A stretch of DNA of 47,472 nucleotides from Pachysolen tannophilus NRRL Y-2460 (Eukaryota): positions 557,381 through 604,852 of the forward strand of contig KV454016.1 in the NCBI GenBank assembly GCA_001661245.1, in the 5' to 3' direction. The notes beneath the pieces were generated by a model that did no database searches, had not been told where the DNA came from, and saw nothing but the letters and a program-made list of their open reading frames with translations. Positions within the stretch are counted from its first letter, which is position 1. The number at the start of each line of letters is the position of its first letter. Made by a program: the position numbers and the translations under genes. Shown piece by piece: positions 1 to 10,335 of the stretch.

Positions 1-3000
1 GAAAGAAAGAACTACAGGTGATATTGTGAACTTATTATCTGTGGATGTTGGTATAATTCAAACAATGCTTGAAGATATGCAATTTTTTGTGATTGCTCCA
101 ATTAAATTTATTTTATGTTTAATCTCAATTTATTATTTATTAGGAAATGCTGTCTGGGGAGGTGTTTTAGCATTATTCATCATAATGCCTATAAACACTT
201 ACTTAACCAATAAAATACGTATATATGAAACGCTACAAATGGATTTCAGAGATAAAAGAACAGGAATTGTGAATGAGATTTTATCTTCGATGAAAAGTAT
301 CAAATTGTATGCTTGGGAGAAACCAATGTTGAAAAAATTAAATGATGTTAGAAATGGTCAGGAATTAAAGAATTTGAAGAAAATAAGCATTTTAAATGCA
401 TTGATGCAGTTTACTTGGCATAGTATTACACTCTTGGTTAGTTGTTCCACTTTTCTAATATATGTCAAGGTTTTGAAAAAACCATTGACCCCAGATGTTG
501 CTTTCCCAGCATTATCTTTATTTAGCTTGTTAAAAGATCCAATTTATGCATTACCAGCTTGTATTAAGCAGTTCATTGAATTTCGTATATCTTTGGGTAG
601 AGTCTCGAGCTATTTAACTGCAGAAGAAATTAACGATGAAACAGTGAAGAAGTTATCAAAAGTTGTTCATTTAGGTGATCAGAGCATCACAATTTCAAAT
701 GCTACATTTTTGTGGAACAATGTGAAAACTGATGACGGAGGTGAAGAACAAGATTTTTCTTTAAACAGTGTTGCTTTGAAAAACATTGAATATGATGCTA
801 AAAAGGGTGAGCTTTCTTGTATTGTTGGTAAGGTCGGAGCTGGAAAGTCTACTTTTTTGAAATCTTTATTAGGAGAACTACCAATGGTACATGGTTCTGA
901 TAAGTTTAAACCACCAATTCTAGAAGTTCATGGATCTATTGCTTATTGTCCTCAGGTAGCATGGATAATGAATGCTTCTATTAGGGAGAATATTTTATTT
1001 GGCCATAAATTTGAAGAAGATTTTTATGAATTAGCATTAGATGCATGTGATTTGAAGGAAGATTTAAAATCTTTACCAGATGGTGACGAAACAATGGTTG
1101 GTGAAAAGGGAATTGCGCTTTCTGGAGGACAAAAGGCAAGAATATCATTGTGCCGTGCCTTATATTCAAGAGCAGATATTTATATCTTGGATGATATCTT
1201 ATCTGCTGTTGATGCCCACGTAGGAGCAAAGATCACAAGAAAAGTACTAAGTAAAGATGGTTTACTAGCTTCCAAAACGAGAATTCTAGCGACTAACTCT
1301 GTTACTGTATTAAGTGGATCCGATAATATTGTATTGTTAGAAGGTGGTGAAATTATTGAAAGAGGTAGCTATCAGGAAGTTGTTGGAAATTCTGGTAGCA
1401 AATTATCTGGATTAATTAAAGAGTATGGTGCCAATGAGCAAGAGAAAATAAATTTACCTGAAAAGGAAAGTGATTTTTCAGTTGGCTCCAAAACTACATC
1501 GACAGATGGGTCTGAAGTAATTGCGGTTGATGAAATCGACGAAACTGATGATATTGAAATGTTAGCTGACAATTTAGGAACTCATCCGTTTAACTCAGGA
1601 AACCCCAATTCTATTGGTGGCTCACCTTTGGAAAGAATTGCAACTCATCAAACATTAAGGAGGGCTAGTGTAGTTACTTTATCAAAAGAAGTATCTCAAA
1701 AAAATAATAAAAAGAATATCATTACTGCTCAGAAGGAAGAGACAGCAGCAGCTGGGAAAGTCAAATTGGCAGTGTACATGTCATATGCAAAAGCATGCAA
1801 TATTGCTGGTGTTATTTGTTATCTCTCGATATTGTTAATAACTGGCTTTTCATCAATTTTAGAAAGCTTTTGGTTAAAATATTGGGCTGAAAATAATAGT
1901 CAAACTGGGGAAAACTCTAATAGTACATTTTTCCTTAGTATTTACCTGCTGTTAGGTATTACGACGGGTGTATTAACTGCTATCCACACTGCTATTATGT
2001 GGGCATTTTGTGCTTTCAATGGATCAAAAGTTTTACATGATAAGTTAGCTAGGTCCATTATGAGGTCCCCAATGTCATTTTTCGAGACTACTCCCATAGG
2101 TAGAATTATGAATAGGTTTTCTGATGATATCAATAAGGTTGATGAACAATTACCAAATGCATTCGACGGTATGTTTTATGAGATTGTTAGTATTAGTTTC
2201 ACAATTGCAATTGTTGCATATAATTTACCGATGTTTTTGGTGATATTTGCAATTTTATCCATACTTTATATTTTTTATCAGGCATACTTTGTGGTTACTT
2301 CGAGAGAATTGAAAAGAATTGTCAGCATATCAAGAAGTCCCGTTTTCTCTCATTTGTCTGAATCTGTTGGTGGTGCTGAAACTATTAGAGCTTTTAACCA
2401 GAAGCTGAGATTCATATTTCTCATGTCGAACTTTGTTGATTTTAATTTGAAATCGCTTTATAGTTCAATTAGTATAAACAGATGGTTATCAGTAAGATTG
2501 CAATTTATTGGATCTTTAGTTATTTTAGCATCTTCTCTGTTGGCTATATTGAGCTTGAGAAGTTCTACTCCATTGAGCCCTGGTCTCATAGGTTTGGTGA
2601 TGAGCTACGCATTACAAGTGACTTTTTCATTGAATGCGATGGTCAGATTGACTGTGAACGTTGAAGTCCAAATAGTTAGTGTTGAAAGAATCAACGAATA
2701 TTGTGATATAAAACCAGAAGCAGAATCGATAATTGAAAATAAGAGGCCACCAGCTTATTGGCCCTCTGTTGGAGCAGTTAAATTTAAACATTACACAACA
2801 AGATATAGAGAAGATTTGGATCCAGTATTGAACGATATAACATTAGATATAAAGCCTCAGGAGAAGATTGGTATTGTTGGAAGAACTGGTGCTGGGAAAT
2901 CCACCATGGCCATGGCTTTGTTCAGATTGATAGAAGCCACCGATGGTTGTATTGAAATTGATGGTTTCAACATTGGTGAGATTGGACTACATGATTTGAG

Positions 3001-3553
3001 GAAAAATTTAAGCATTATCCCTCAAGATTCACAAGCTTTTGAAGGAACTATAAGATCAAATTTAGATCCTATATCGCAATACTCTGATGAAGAATTATGG
3101 AAAGTCTTGGAGTTGGCGCATTTGAAAGATCATGTTTTATCTATGGTTGAAGAAACAAATGACTCAAAACAACCATTGTCGATTGAAGAAAAACACAAGT
3201 TGGCATTAGAATCTAAAGTTGCTGAAGGGGGTTCAAACTTATCGGTGGGACAAAGACAATTGATGTGTTTAGCAAGAGCATTATTGAATTCATCAAAAGT
3301 ATTAATTTTGGATGAAGCAACAGCTGCGGTTGACCTCCAGACAGATAAAGTTGTACAAGAAACTATCAGATCCGAATTCAAAGACAGAACAATCTTAACC
3401 ATTGCTCATAGACTAGATACCGTCATGGATAGCGATAGAATTCTTGTATTGGAAAAGGGGAAAGTAATGGAATTTGAAGACCCAAAGGTTTTACTAGAGA
3501 ATAAAAACAGTTTATTCTACAAATTATGCGAACAAGGAGGTTACCTTAGTTAA
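1..3553 (+). CDS. ABCC/MRP-type ABC transporter, YCF1/BPT1/MLT1-like (5' part lies outside the window)
   Basis: Frame is open from base 2 (KERTTGDIVNLLSVD). TMD1-NBD1 (GKVGAGKS, LSGGQKAR, LDD), linker with the LRRAS PKA site typical of Ycf1, TMD2 (FFETTPIGRIMNRFS), NBD2 (GRTGAGKS, NLSVGQRQ, LDEATA, IAHRL). Confidence 0.93.
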   Translation, partial: KERTTGDIVNLLSVDVGIIQTMLEDMQFFVIAPIKFILCLISIYYLLGNAVWGGVLALFIIMPINTYLTNKIRIYETLQMDFRDKRTGIVNEILSSMKSIKLYAWEKPMLKKLNDVRNGQELKNLKKISILNALMQFTWHSITLLVSCSTFLIYVKVLKKPLTPDVAFPALSLFSLLKDPIYALPACIKQFIEFRISLGRVSSYLTAEEINDETVKKLSKVVHLGDQSITISNATFLWNNVKTDDGGEEQDFSLNSVALKNIEYDAKKGELSCIVGKVGAGKSTFLKSLLGELPMVHGSDKFKPPILEVHGSIAYCPQVAWIMNASIRENILFGHKFEEDFYELALDACDLKEDLKSLPDGDETMVGEKGIALSGGQKARISLCRALYSRADIYILDDILSAVDAHVGAKITRKVLSKDGLLASKTRILATNSVTVLSGSDNIVLLEGGEIIERGSYQEVVGNSGSKLSGLIKEYGANEQEKINLPEKESDFSVGSKTTSTDGSEVIAVDEIDETDDIEMLADNLGTHPFNSGNPNSIGGSPLERIATHQTLRRASVVTLSKEVSQKNNKKNIITAQKEETAAAGKVKLAVYMSYAKACNIAGVICYLSILLITGFSSILESFWLKYWAENNSQTGENSNSTFFLSIYLLLGITTGVLTAIHTAIMWAFCAFNGSKVLHDKLARSIMRSPMSFFETTPIGRIMNRFSDDINKVDEQLPNAFDGMFYEIVSISFTIAIVAYNLPMFLVIFAILSILYIFYQAYFVVTSRELKRIVSISRSPVFSHLSESVGGAETIRAFNQKLRFIFLMSNFVDFNLKSLYSSISINRWLSVRLQFIGSLVILASSLLAILSLRSSTPLSPGLIGLVMSYALQVTFSLNAMVRLTVNVEVQIVSVERINEYCDIKPEAESIIENKRPPAYWPSVGAVKFKHYTTRYREDLDPVLNDITLDIKPQEKIGIVGRTGAGKSTMAMALFRLIEATDGCIEIDGFNIGEIGLHDLRKNLSIIPQDSQAFEGTIRSNLDPISQYSDEELWKVLELAHLKDHVLSMVEETNDSKQPLSIEEKHKLALESKVAEGGSNLSVGQRQLMCLARALLNSSKVLILDEATAAVDLQTDKVVQETIRSEFKDRTILTIAHRLDTVMDSDRILVLEKGKVMEFEDPKVLLENKNSLFYKLCEQGGYLS

Positions 3554-3859
3554 AAGACTTTTTTTTTCCCTTTATTTATTGATTTATTTATTTATAAACT
3601 TTATAACTAGCTTCTTCTCTTCTTTCGTAATTGGCATTTTCAATGTAGACCAACCTCTTCTTTATCAATCTTTATCAATCATCTTTCACTTTAACTTCCT
3701 GAGTCCATACAAAAGAGAAGAGCACTACCTTTTATATAAAATTTTCCAGGTATTAAATATTATAATAAATTAAATTAAAATATATTTTATATTCATATTT
3801 AAATAAAAATTTAAACATTTTCATTTGAATATCAGGTTGTAGTTGTTATTAGGAAGGAA

Positions 3860-5071
3860 ATGTTGTTTATGAAACCTGTTCAGAGGTCAGGTCTTTTAAT
3901 AGATAGAGGATTAATTAGAATATCGAAAAGACCTTTAGCTGTACATTTTAAAAGATATGTTGATGTAATCAAGCCTAATTTAAATATTCGATCGGTTTCG
4001 GTTAAGACTGATAATATTGATTGGAATCCAATGAAGACTCAGCGTCAATTAGATAGGGCTTCACTGCCCAAGAAAGGGAAAAAAGTTGTTTTAGGGTTAT
4101 TATGTTTAACTCCGGTCATTACTTTTTTCCTTGGTTGTTGGCAATTAGAAAGATTAAAATGGAAGAATTCTTTAGTTGCTGAATGTGAAGATAGATTAAC
4201 TTATAATCCTGCTCCTTTACCCAAGAGTGTTATGCCTGAAGATGTACCAGATTTTGAGTACCGTAAGGTGTTAGTTACAGGAAGATATGATTATGACCAT
4301 GAAATGCTTGTTGGACCAAGATTATTAAATGGTCAAAGAGGTTACTTATTAATTACTCCATTCATTAGATCCAGTGATGGTAAGAAAATTATTGTGGACA
4401 GAGGTTGGATATCTGCAGATAAAGTCAATCCTAATACAAGAACTCTACATCATTTATCAGTGCCGGAAGGTGAAATTACTATTCAATGTATGTTAAGAGT
4501 TCCTCCAAAGAAAGGTATGTTCCACATTGACCACGAACCGAACACCAAGATTTTCCGTTATTTGGACCTTGATCTGATGGCAAAACAGAATAACGCATTG
4601 CCTATATATGCTCAAGTAATCCAGGATTTCAGCGACCATCCTGAATACTTGCCAGAAAATAGAATCCAACAACAAGAAAATGGTGGTTCCTCTTTACCTG
4701 GTTCTTCTTGGAAATTCTGGTCGCATTCCAGTAACACCAATAGTAGCATTAGCAATATCAACCAACCGGACCAGAATACTAATGGTGTTCCCGCAGCAGC
4801 TCCAACATATTCTTTTGATTCCCCAACCGTTGCCCAAATGAGCAAAACGTTTGACAGCTCTATTCAATTCGATGAACACCAGTTCATCTCTGCAGGTGTT
4901 CCACTAGGTAAAATTCCAACTGTGGATTACAGAAATACACATTTGCAATACGTTGTGACCTGGTGGGGTATTTCTATTTCTTCAGCAATCTTATTGGCCA
5001 TTGTCTTCAAAAAGAGAAAAATCGTTAACCCACTACAAGAGAAATTAAGACATGCCAGCAAAACCATGTGA
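3860..5071 (+). CDS. SHY1: SURF1-family cytochrome c oxidase assembly factor
   Basis: Basic mitochondrial-type N-terminus, LGCWQLERLKWK, VDRGWI, and C-terminal RNTHLQYVVTWWG SURF1 motifs. Confidence 0.95.
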   Translation: MLFMKPVQRSGLLIDRGLIRISKRPLAVHFKRYVDVIKPNLNIRSVSVKTDNIDWNPMKTQRQLDRASLPKKGKKVVLGLLCLTPVITFFLGCWQLERLKWKNSLVAECEDRLTYNPAPLPKSVMPEDVPDFEYRKVLVTGRYDYDHEMLVGPRLLNGQRGYLLITPFIRSSDGKKIIVDRGWISADKVNPNTRTLHHLSVPEGEITIQCMLRVPPKKGMFHIDHEPNTKIFRYLDLDLMAKQNNALPIYAQVIQDFSDHPEYLPENRIQQQENGGSSLPGSSWKFWSHSSNTNSSISNINQPDQNTNGVPAAAPTYSFDSPTVAQMSKTFDSSIQFDEHQFISAGVPLGKIPTVDYRNTHLQYVVTWWGISISSAILLAIVFKKRKIVNPLQEKLRHASKTM

Positions 5072-5283
5072 AAAACAACCAAGAACTCTTACTTACAACT
5101 TTACAAAAACCATTACTACGCACATACCACACAAGGCAGACTTTCCCTTCCTCCTTTATGTTTATAGCCGTTATTTATTTGTAGATAGCTTCTTTCTCCA
5201 TAATATATTCAATTTTTACAAAGTAGTGTCTTTTGGACCCAAACTAAACGGTTTCCTTTAATTTAAATGATGTTTTCGAAAAT

Positions 5284-5332
5284 GTAAACAAAAAATTGAA
5301 AATAAAATGAAATGAAATGAAATATAACGCGT
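5284..5332 (+). promoter_or_regulatory. Forkhead (GTAAACA, 5284-5290) and MCB (ACGCGT, 5327-5332) cell-cycle elements upstream of DAM1
   Basis: Exact matches to yeast Fkh and MBF consensus sites 110-160 bp upstream of a kinetochore gene; short motifs, function inferred. Confidence 0.5.
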
Positions 5333-5441
5333 TTTAACAAGAGTAAGAACGACGATATTTATTGAAAAAGATCACGGTTAAGTCTTGAATTTGAGAAAAG
5401 AGATAGAGAGAAAGAAAGAAAGAAAAATAAATAAATAAAAA

Positions 5442-6362
5442 ATGTCGAGCCAGCAGATGAACCAGCGGTCGTCATCAAGACCTTCGACGCCTCATCGTTT
5501 GATGAGTAGACAACCAATACCTCAGCAATCACCAAAGTTACATTACCCTATAGAGGATAACATTCCATTATCACTTGAGCAGTTTCAAGAATTAGCGGAA
5601 TCTTTAAATGTATTAGAAGATAATTTGATCAAGGTGAATTTTATAAATGAGAGTATAGTTAAATTTAACGAAAGTTTTTCTAGTTTACTTTATGGGTTAT
5701 TAATAAATTCTTATTGTACAGAATTTACAGAAGCTCCATCAAGAGAAGATTTTTCCAAGAATCAGGATGCATTGGATTCTGTAATAGATAGGATGGAAAC
5801 TGAGATTAAAAATTTGGAAGAAGAAGAAAGATTAGAAATTGAAAGAGAAAAGGAGAATACAAATCAAAACAAGATAGGTAATAATTTAATTATTAATAAT
5901 AAAAGAGTTACTAGTAATCCTATCAATTCTACTAATTCAATAAGACACGATTTTAAAAGACCATTAACCAGTGCTACTTTAAATAGATTGACAAAACTGA
6001 GAAATCCATCATTACTTCCAAGTAGAGCTGTTGGTATTAAGAAAAATATTTCAGGAGATTCAACAACAACAACAACAACAACAACACATTTAAGTACAAG
6101 ATTCCCACAACAAGAACGTAAAAATAATTCTGATTTCAGTTACATGTCAAATGATTCATTTATAGAAAATCCAAAGAGTATTAAAAATACATTTACTCCA
6201 GAGTTTTCAAACGAATCTAGATTGAAAAGGAAAAACGAATTTGGAACAAGAAGCGGTACAACAGTTAAAAATAATGATGCAAATAATAGTGGTAACAGTA
6301 GTGGAAATATATCAAGTAGAATACCCGTACGAAAGACCTTTCCAAAGCCCGCTTGGAAATGA
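5442..6362 (+). CDS. DAM1: DASH complex (kinetochore) subunit Dam1
   Basis: RPSTP N-terminus, core FQELAESLNVLEDNL..INESIVKFNESFSSLLYGLLINSYCTEFTEAP, disordered tail ending SRIP..PAWK; follows SHY1 as in S. cerevisiae. Confidence 0.9.
   Translation: MSSQQMNQRSSSRPSTPHRLMSRQPIPQQSPKLHYPIEDNIPLSLEQFQELAESLNVLEDNLIKVNFINESIVKFNESFSSLLYGLLINSYCTEFTEAPSREDFSKNQDALDSVIDRMETEIKNLEEEERLEIEREKENTNQNKIGNNLIINNKRVTSNPINSTNSIRHDFKRPLTSATLNRLTKLRNPSLLPSRAVGIKKNISGDSTTTTTTTTHLSTRFPQQERKNNSDFSYMSNDSFIENPKSIKNTFTPEFSNESRLKRKNEFGTRSGTTVKNNDANNSGNSSGNISSRIPVRKTFPKPAWK
6061..6086 (+). repeat. (CAA)n microsatellite encoding a poly-Thr run in DAM1
   Basis: caacaacaac... visible in the sequence; translates as TTTTTTTT. 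Confidence 0.9.
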
Positions 6363-6459
6363 AAAGCCCATATATAGATATATAGATATATAGTGGCTAC
6401 AGTTAAGTCAAGTTATTTATATATAAATATACGAATATAAAAAATAAAAAAAATTAAAT

Positions 6460-6547
6460 AGCCCGACGCGGGGGTCGAACCCGCAACCTTTTGATATCCG
6501 TTTAATATCGTAAGAGTCAAACGCTCTACCGATTGAGCTAGCCAGGC
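6460..6547 (-). tRNA. tRNA-Lys(CTT) with a 15-nt intron (6496-6510)
   Basis: Minus strand: GCCTGGC-TA-GCTC AATCGGTA GAGC-G-TTTGA CT CTT A [CGATATTAAACGGAT] A TCAAA-AGGTT-GCGGG TTCGACC CCCGC-GTCGGGC-T. All four stems pair, the intron sits at the canonical 37/38 position, and a T-run Pol III terminator follows. Confidence 0.95.
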
Positions 6548-7198
6548 TTAAATTGTTTCACGCTGGAAGTCTGCCATTCAACTTAGCTGGGGAGTTTCCT
6601 GGTGTTTTGCTTTTGTTATTCCTTCAACACAGTTAAATGTGTTGAAGTAACACATTTAAATTGATGTTTATAGCTGGGAAGTCAAGATGTTTCTTTTTTG
6701 CCTTTTTATCCATTTAGAGTGAAAATGAAATATCTGGTTTTTATCTAAATCTGTAAATTGTTGTAAACTATTTTTAAAATGTTGATTTTTTCGCTTTTTT
6801 TAGTTCTCTTAAGTTATTAGTAAAAGTCCAAAAGATCATCAATTTATCAAGATCTTCATTGGAAAGTAAGGTACAACAATTTTTTTACAAGCCAAAATAA
6901 TTATAAAAATTGGGGAAAGAAAAGATTTACGATTAAAATGTATGTGATGCAGTAATTAGTTTTATTCATCTGCTTGCTTTTACATTAACATTGCTTGAAC
7001 GAATATTCGCTTTTTCAATTAAGAAAATAATTTTAAATTTTTTACTTAAATTTTTTAAAAAGATAAAGAAAATAAGGTGAATTTTTTATTATTTTAAGAA
7101 ATTTTCATGTTTTTTTTTTTTTTATTTTTTTTTTAGAAACAAACTTATTATATGATAAATGGATTTATAGTAGTTTCTAGTACTGGTATTGGTTGGAT

Positions 7199-8293
7199 AT
7201 GTTAAGTAGAAATAAGTGTAGGATAAAGTTTCTTTCTTCTTTTGAGTCCAGCCATTATGGTGGAATTAGACAATATTTTCTAAAATCGAGTGATTTGAAT
7301 CAATTAGTATATGGATCAATAATGGATAATAATTTTAATAAGGGGAAGAATAATTTTAAAATGAAAAGAGATGAAGGAATAAATAATATAGATTTACCCA
7401 ATAATAATCGTGAACTTTGGTTATTGAAAAAATATTCAAAAATTTTAACTAAATTCCCATTAATTTTGATTTTACAAGATAATCATGAAACTAAGACTAA
7501 TTTAAATTGGAATCAATTATGCCAAAAAATAGAGACTTTAAATATGGAAAAAAATTATGAAATACTATTTCGTAATAAAGATAAAGATAAAGAAAAAGAA
7601 AATAATAGTACAATTAGTTATAGTAGTTATAGATTTAGTGTTGATCCCAATAATTTATTACGATTATATGATACTCAAGCTATAAATAACGTGAAAATAT
7701 TTTTAATTGCGTTAAAATACTCTAGATTAATCTTATCAAATAAAGAAAATGAATTATTTAAATTTCAAAACAAATCGACAAATGATCTTTGTACCGAGTG
7801 GTCAAATAAAATTGACATTACAAGTGCAAGTGCAAGTGCAACTACAAGTGCAACAACCATAGATGCAAAGAGAGAAAAAAGAAAAGATGAAGAAGAATTA
7901 CTGAATCAAGATTCAATTACGCTGAGCTTAAGCCACGAAAAGGGTCTTAAAATCATATGCATATCCCGGGAAATGTTATCCAACAATAATGAAAATAGTG
8001 ATTCTTTTTCTAACCTTTTAAAACTGTTGTCTGATTTTAAATTTCGTACAAAATTGGTTCGATTATCTTTAAATCTATTAAGTAATAACGGTTTATTACA
8101 ATCACTAGAAAATTCTACTAATGAAATTCAAACAATAGAACAAGACTACTATAATACCTTATTAAGTTATAACAAATCAAGAGAAACTTATGAAAAGAAT
8201 TATTTGACAAAAATAGGTGAATTGGGTTTGACAAAAGTAGTCAAAAGCATGGATTCGGAGTACGCTTATCTTATGCACGAAAATATTTTCTGA
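7199..8293 (+). CDS. Uncharacterised 364-aa protein, probably a highly divergent mitochondrial ribosomal uL10 (Mrpl11)-like protein
   Basis: Long ORF; first ATG at 7199 with an in-frame stop at 7178. Basic/hydroxylated N-terminus. Segment [30 protein letters not shown] matches the recalled Mrpl11 pattern P...R..FL...Y..L.....MI..VH.N. The gene is likely real; the family call is tentative. Confidence 0.5.
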   Translation: [364 protein letters not shown]

Positions 8294-8487
8294 AATTAGT
8301 TTCTTTATTTTTGGACCCTTTAGTATAAATAAAGTACATATAATTTGATTCTAATAATATAAAATAAATAATAGTTGTAAGAATAGTTGTAAGAGTAAAA
8401 AAAATATCAGTTCTTGGTGTAAGATTAATTTATGATTATAAAAGCGCTTGGATTGATGGTTTAGACTTATTATCAGATGATTGAATA

Positions 8488-10335
8488 ATGGCGTTAATTT
8501 TTGTACATGGTAGGAGGTTAAAACCGTTAAAGTTTTTCGGTATTTTATTATTAGTGGTTTTCGGTATTTATTGGTCAACTAGAAGTTATAGAAGTGATGG
8601 AAATGAAGATGATGAAAAGGGGATTTCAGTTTCATATACAGATGTTGAATTTATTAATAGTGTTCAAAAATTAGAAAAAGAACAAAATGTATTATTTGAT
8701 GAAGAATCTACAAAAAAATTAAAGAATAAAAAACAACAACAACTGAAAATACTGCAAAAAGATTCTTCTTTATTTTTTGCCAAATCACATAATAAAAAAT
8801 GTGCTGATTATTTAGAATATTCCAAGAAACCACATCCTCCATTATCAGAAGGTGATTTACAATTACCATATATGAGACCTCCAGAACAATGTCGAACGTT
8901 TAAATCAGAAATTGTAGAAAAAATTATTAATGATTTAACTGGGAAAATAGAAAATCCTGATTTAGCTAGATTGGTAGAAAATTGTTTACCAAATACTTTA
9001 GATACAACAATCTTATGGTTTGAAGAAGAATCTGGACAAAAACAAGGTTACCCAAATACTAATTCAGTAGATTATACTAAATTAGCAAAGACATTTGTTG
9101 TCACTGGAGATATCCATGCTGAATGGTTAAGAGATGCAGCTAGGCAATTATCAGTTTATCAACCAATGATTAAATATGATAAAAATTTACAAAATTTGAT
9201 GAAAGGTGCTATAAATTTACAAGCATGGTATATTACAAAAGCTCCATATTGTAATGCTTTTCAACCACCAATGGAATCAAATATAAAAAGAAAACCTTCT
9301 GCAATAGATTATGTGACTCCAAGACCTTCTTGGAAACATGTTTTTGAATGTAAATGGGAATTAGATTCATTGGCTTCTTTCTTAACATTGTCTAATGAAT
9401 ATTACGAAAATTCGGGAGATTTATCATTTATTAATGATATATGGTTGGACGCTTTTGAAATGATATTGACAGTATTGAGAAGACAATCATCACCAACTTA
9501 TGATAAAAATGGAGGTGTATTACCTTATTATTATACTTTCCAACGAGACACAAAAATTGGCTCAGAAACTTTACCTCTTGCTGGTACAGGTAATCCTGTA
9601 AATCTCGATACTGGACTTATTAGATCTTCTTTTAGGCCTTCAGATGATGCTTGTATTTTACAATTTTTCATTCCTGCAAATGCTCATATGTGTGTAGAGT
9701 TGAAAAGAGCAATTAAATATTTGAAAAAAACAAATCAAAATAATTTATCAACAATTGCTGAAAATTTTATCGAAGCAATCTATAAAGGAATATATGAACA
9801 TGGAATAATTGATCATCCAACTTTTGGTAAAATATTTGCTTATGAAGTTGATGGGTATGGTGGTAAAATTTCAATGGATGATGCTAATCTTCCATCTTTA
9901 TTATCATTACCTGATTTAGGTTTTGTTTCAGCAACAGATGAAATTTATCAAAATACTAGAAAAGCTATTCTTTCAAAATCTGGGAACCCATACTACTTAA
10001 CAGGTAAATATTTTAAAGGTATTGGTGGTCCTCATATTGGTATCACTTATGCTTGGCCAATGAGTTTATTAATTGCTATAAGAACGTCTGATGATGATAA
10101 AGAAATTCTTGATACTTTAAATTTACTTATTGAAAGTACTGGTGGTTTAGGTTTAATGCACGAATCTGTCAATGTTAACTTTCCTCAAGGATTAAGTTAT
10201 ACAAGACCATGGTTTGCCTGGTGTAATAGTGAATTTGGTAAAACTATTTTAGATTTAGCTAAAAGAAAACCTCATTTGATTTTTAAAGATGAGTTTAAAA
10301 ATCTTAGTTACGACGTTGAGAATTTGAAGCTTTGA
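8488..10335 (+). CDS. Glycoside hydrolase family 125 (DUF1237/Mug157-like, putative exo-alpha-1,6-mannosidase) with N-terminal signal-anchor
   Basis: PNTLDTT, TGDIHAEWLRD, ECKWELDSL, FRPSDDA, MDDANLPSLL, GIGGPH, WPMS, TRPWFAWCNS motifs; hydrophobic segment FFGILLLVVFGIYW after basic residues. Confidence 0.9.
   Translation: MALIFVHGRRLKPLKFFGILLLVVFGIYWSTRSYRSDGNEDDEKGISVSYTDVEFINSVQKLEKEQNVLFDEESTKKLKNKKQQQLKILQKDSSLFFAKSHNKKCADYLEYSKKPHPPLSEGDLQLPYMRPPEQCRTFKSEIVEKIINDLTGKIENPDLARLVENCLPNTLDTTILWFEEESGQKQGYPNTNSVDYTKLAKTFVVTGDIHAEWLRDAARQLSVYQPMIKYDKNLQNLMKGAINLQAWYITKAPYCNAFQPPMESNIKRKPSAIDYVTPRPSWKHVFECKWELDSLASFLTLSNEYYENSGDLSFINDIWLDAFEMILTVLRRQSSPTYDKNGGVLPYYYTFQRDTKIGSETLPLAGTGNPVNLDTGLIRSSFRPSDDACILQFFIPANAHMCVELKRAIKYLKKTNQNNLSTIAENFIEAIYKGIYEHGIIDHPTFGKIFAYEVDGYGGKISMDDANLPSLLSLPDLGFVSATDEIYQNTRKAILSKSGNPYYLTGKYFKGIGGPHIGITYAWPMSLLIAIRTSDDDKEILDTLNLLIESTGGLGLMHESVNVNFPQGLSYTRPWFAWCNSEFGKTILDLAKRKPHLIFKDEFKNLSYDVENLKL

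Noticed and set aside
6938..7180. GTATGT at 6940, CATTAAC near 6983 and poly-T/AG at about 7136 as an intron extending the 7199 ORF upstream
   Set aside because: I found no donor/acceptor combination giving an open spliced frame, and the donor differs from the GTAAGT used by the six reconstructed introns.
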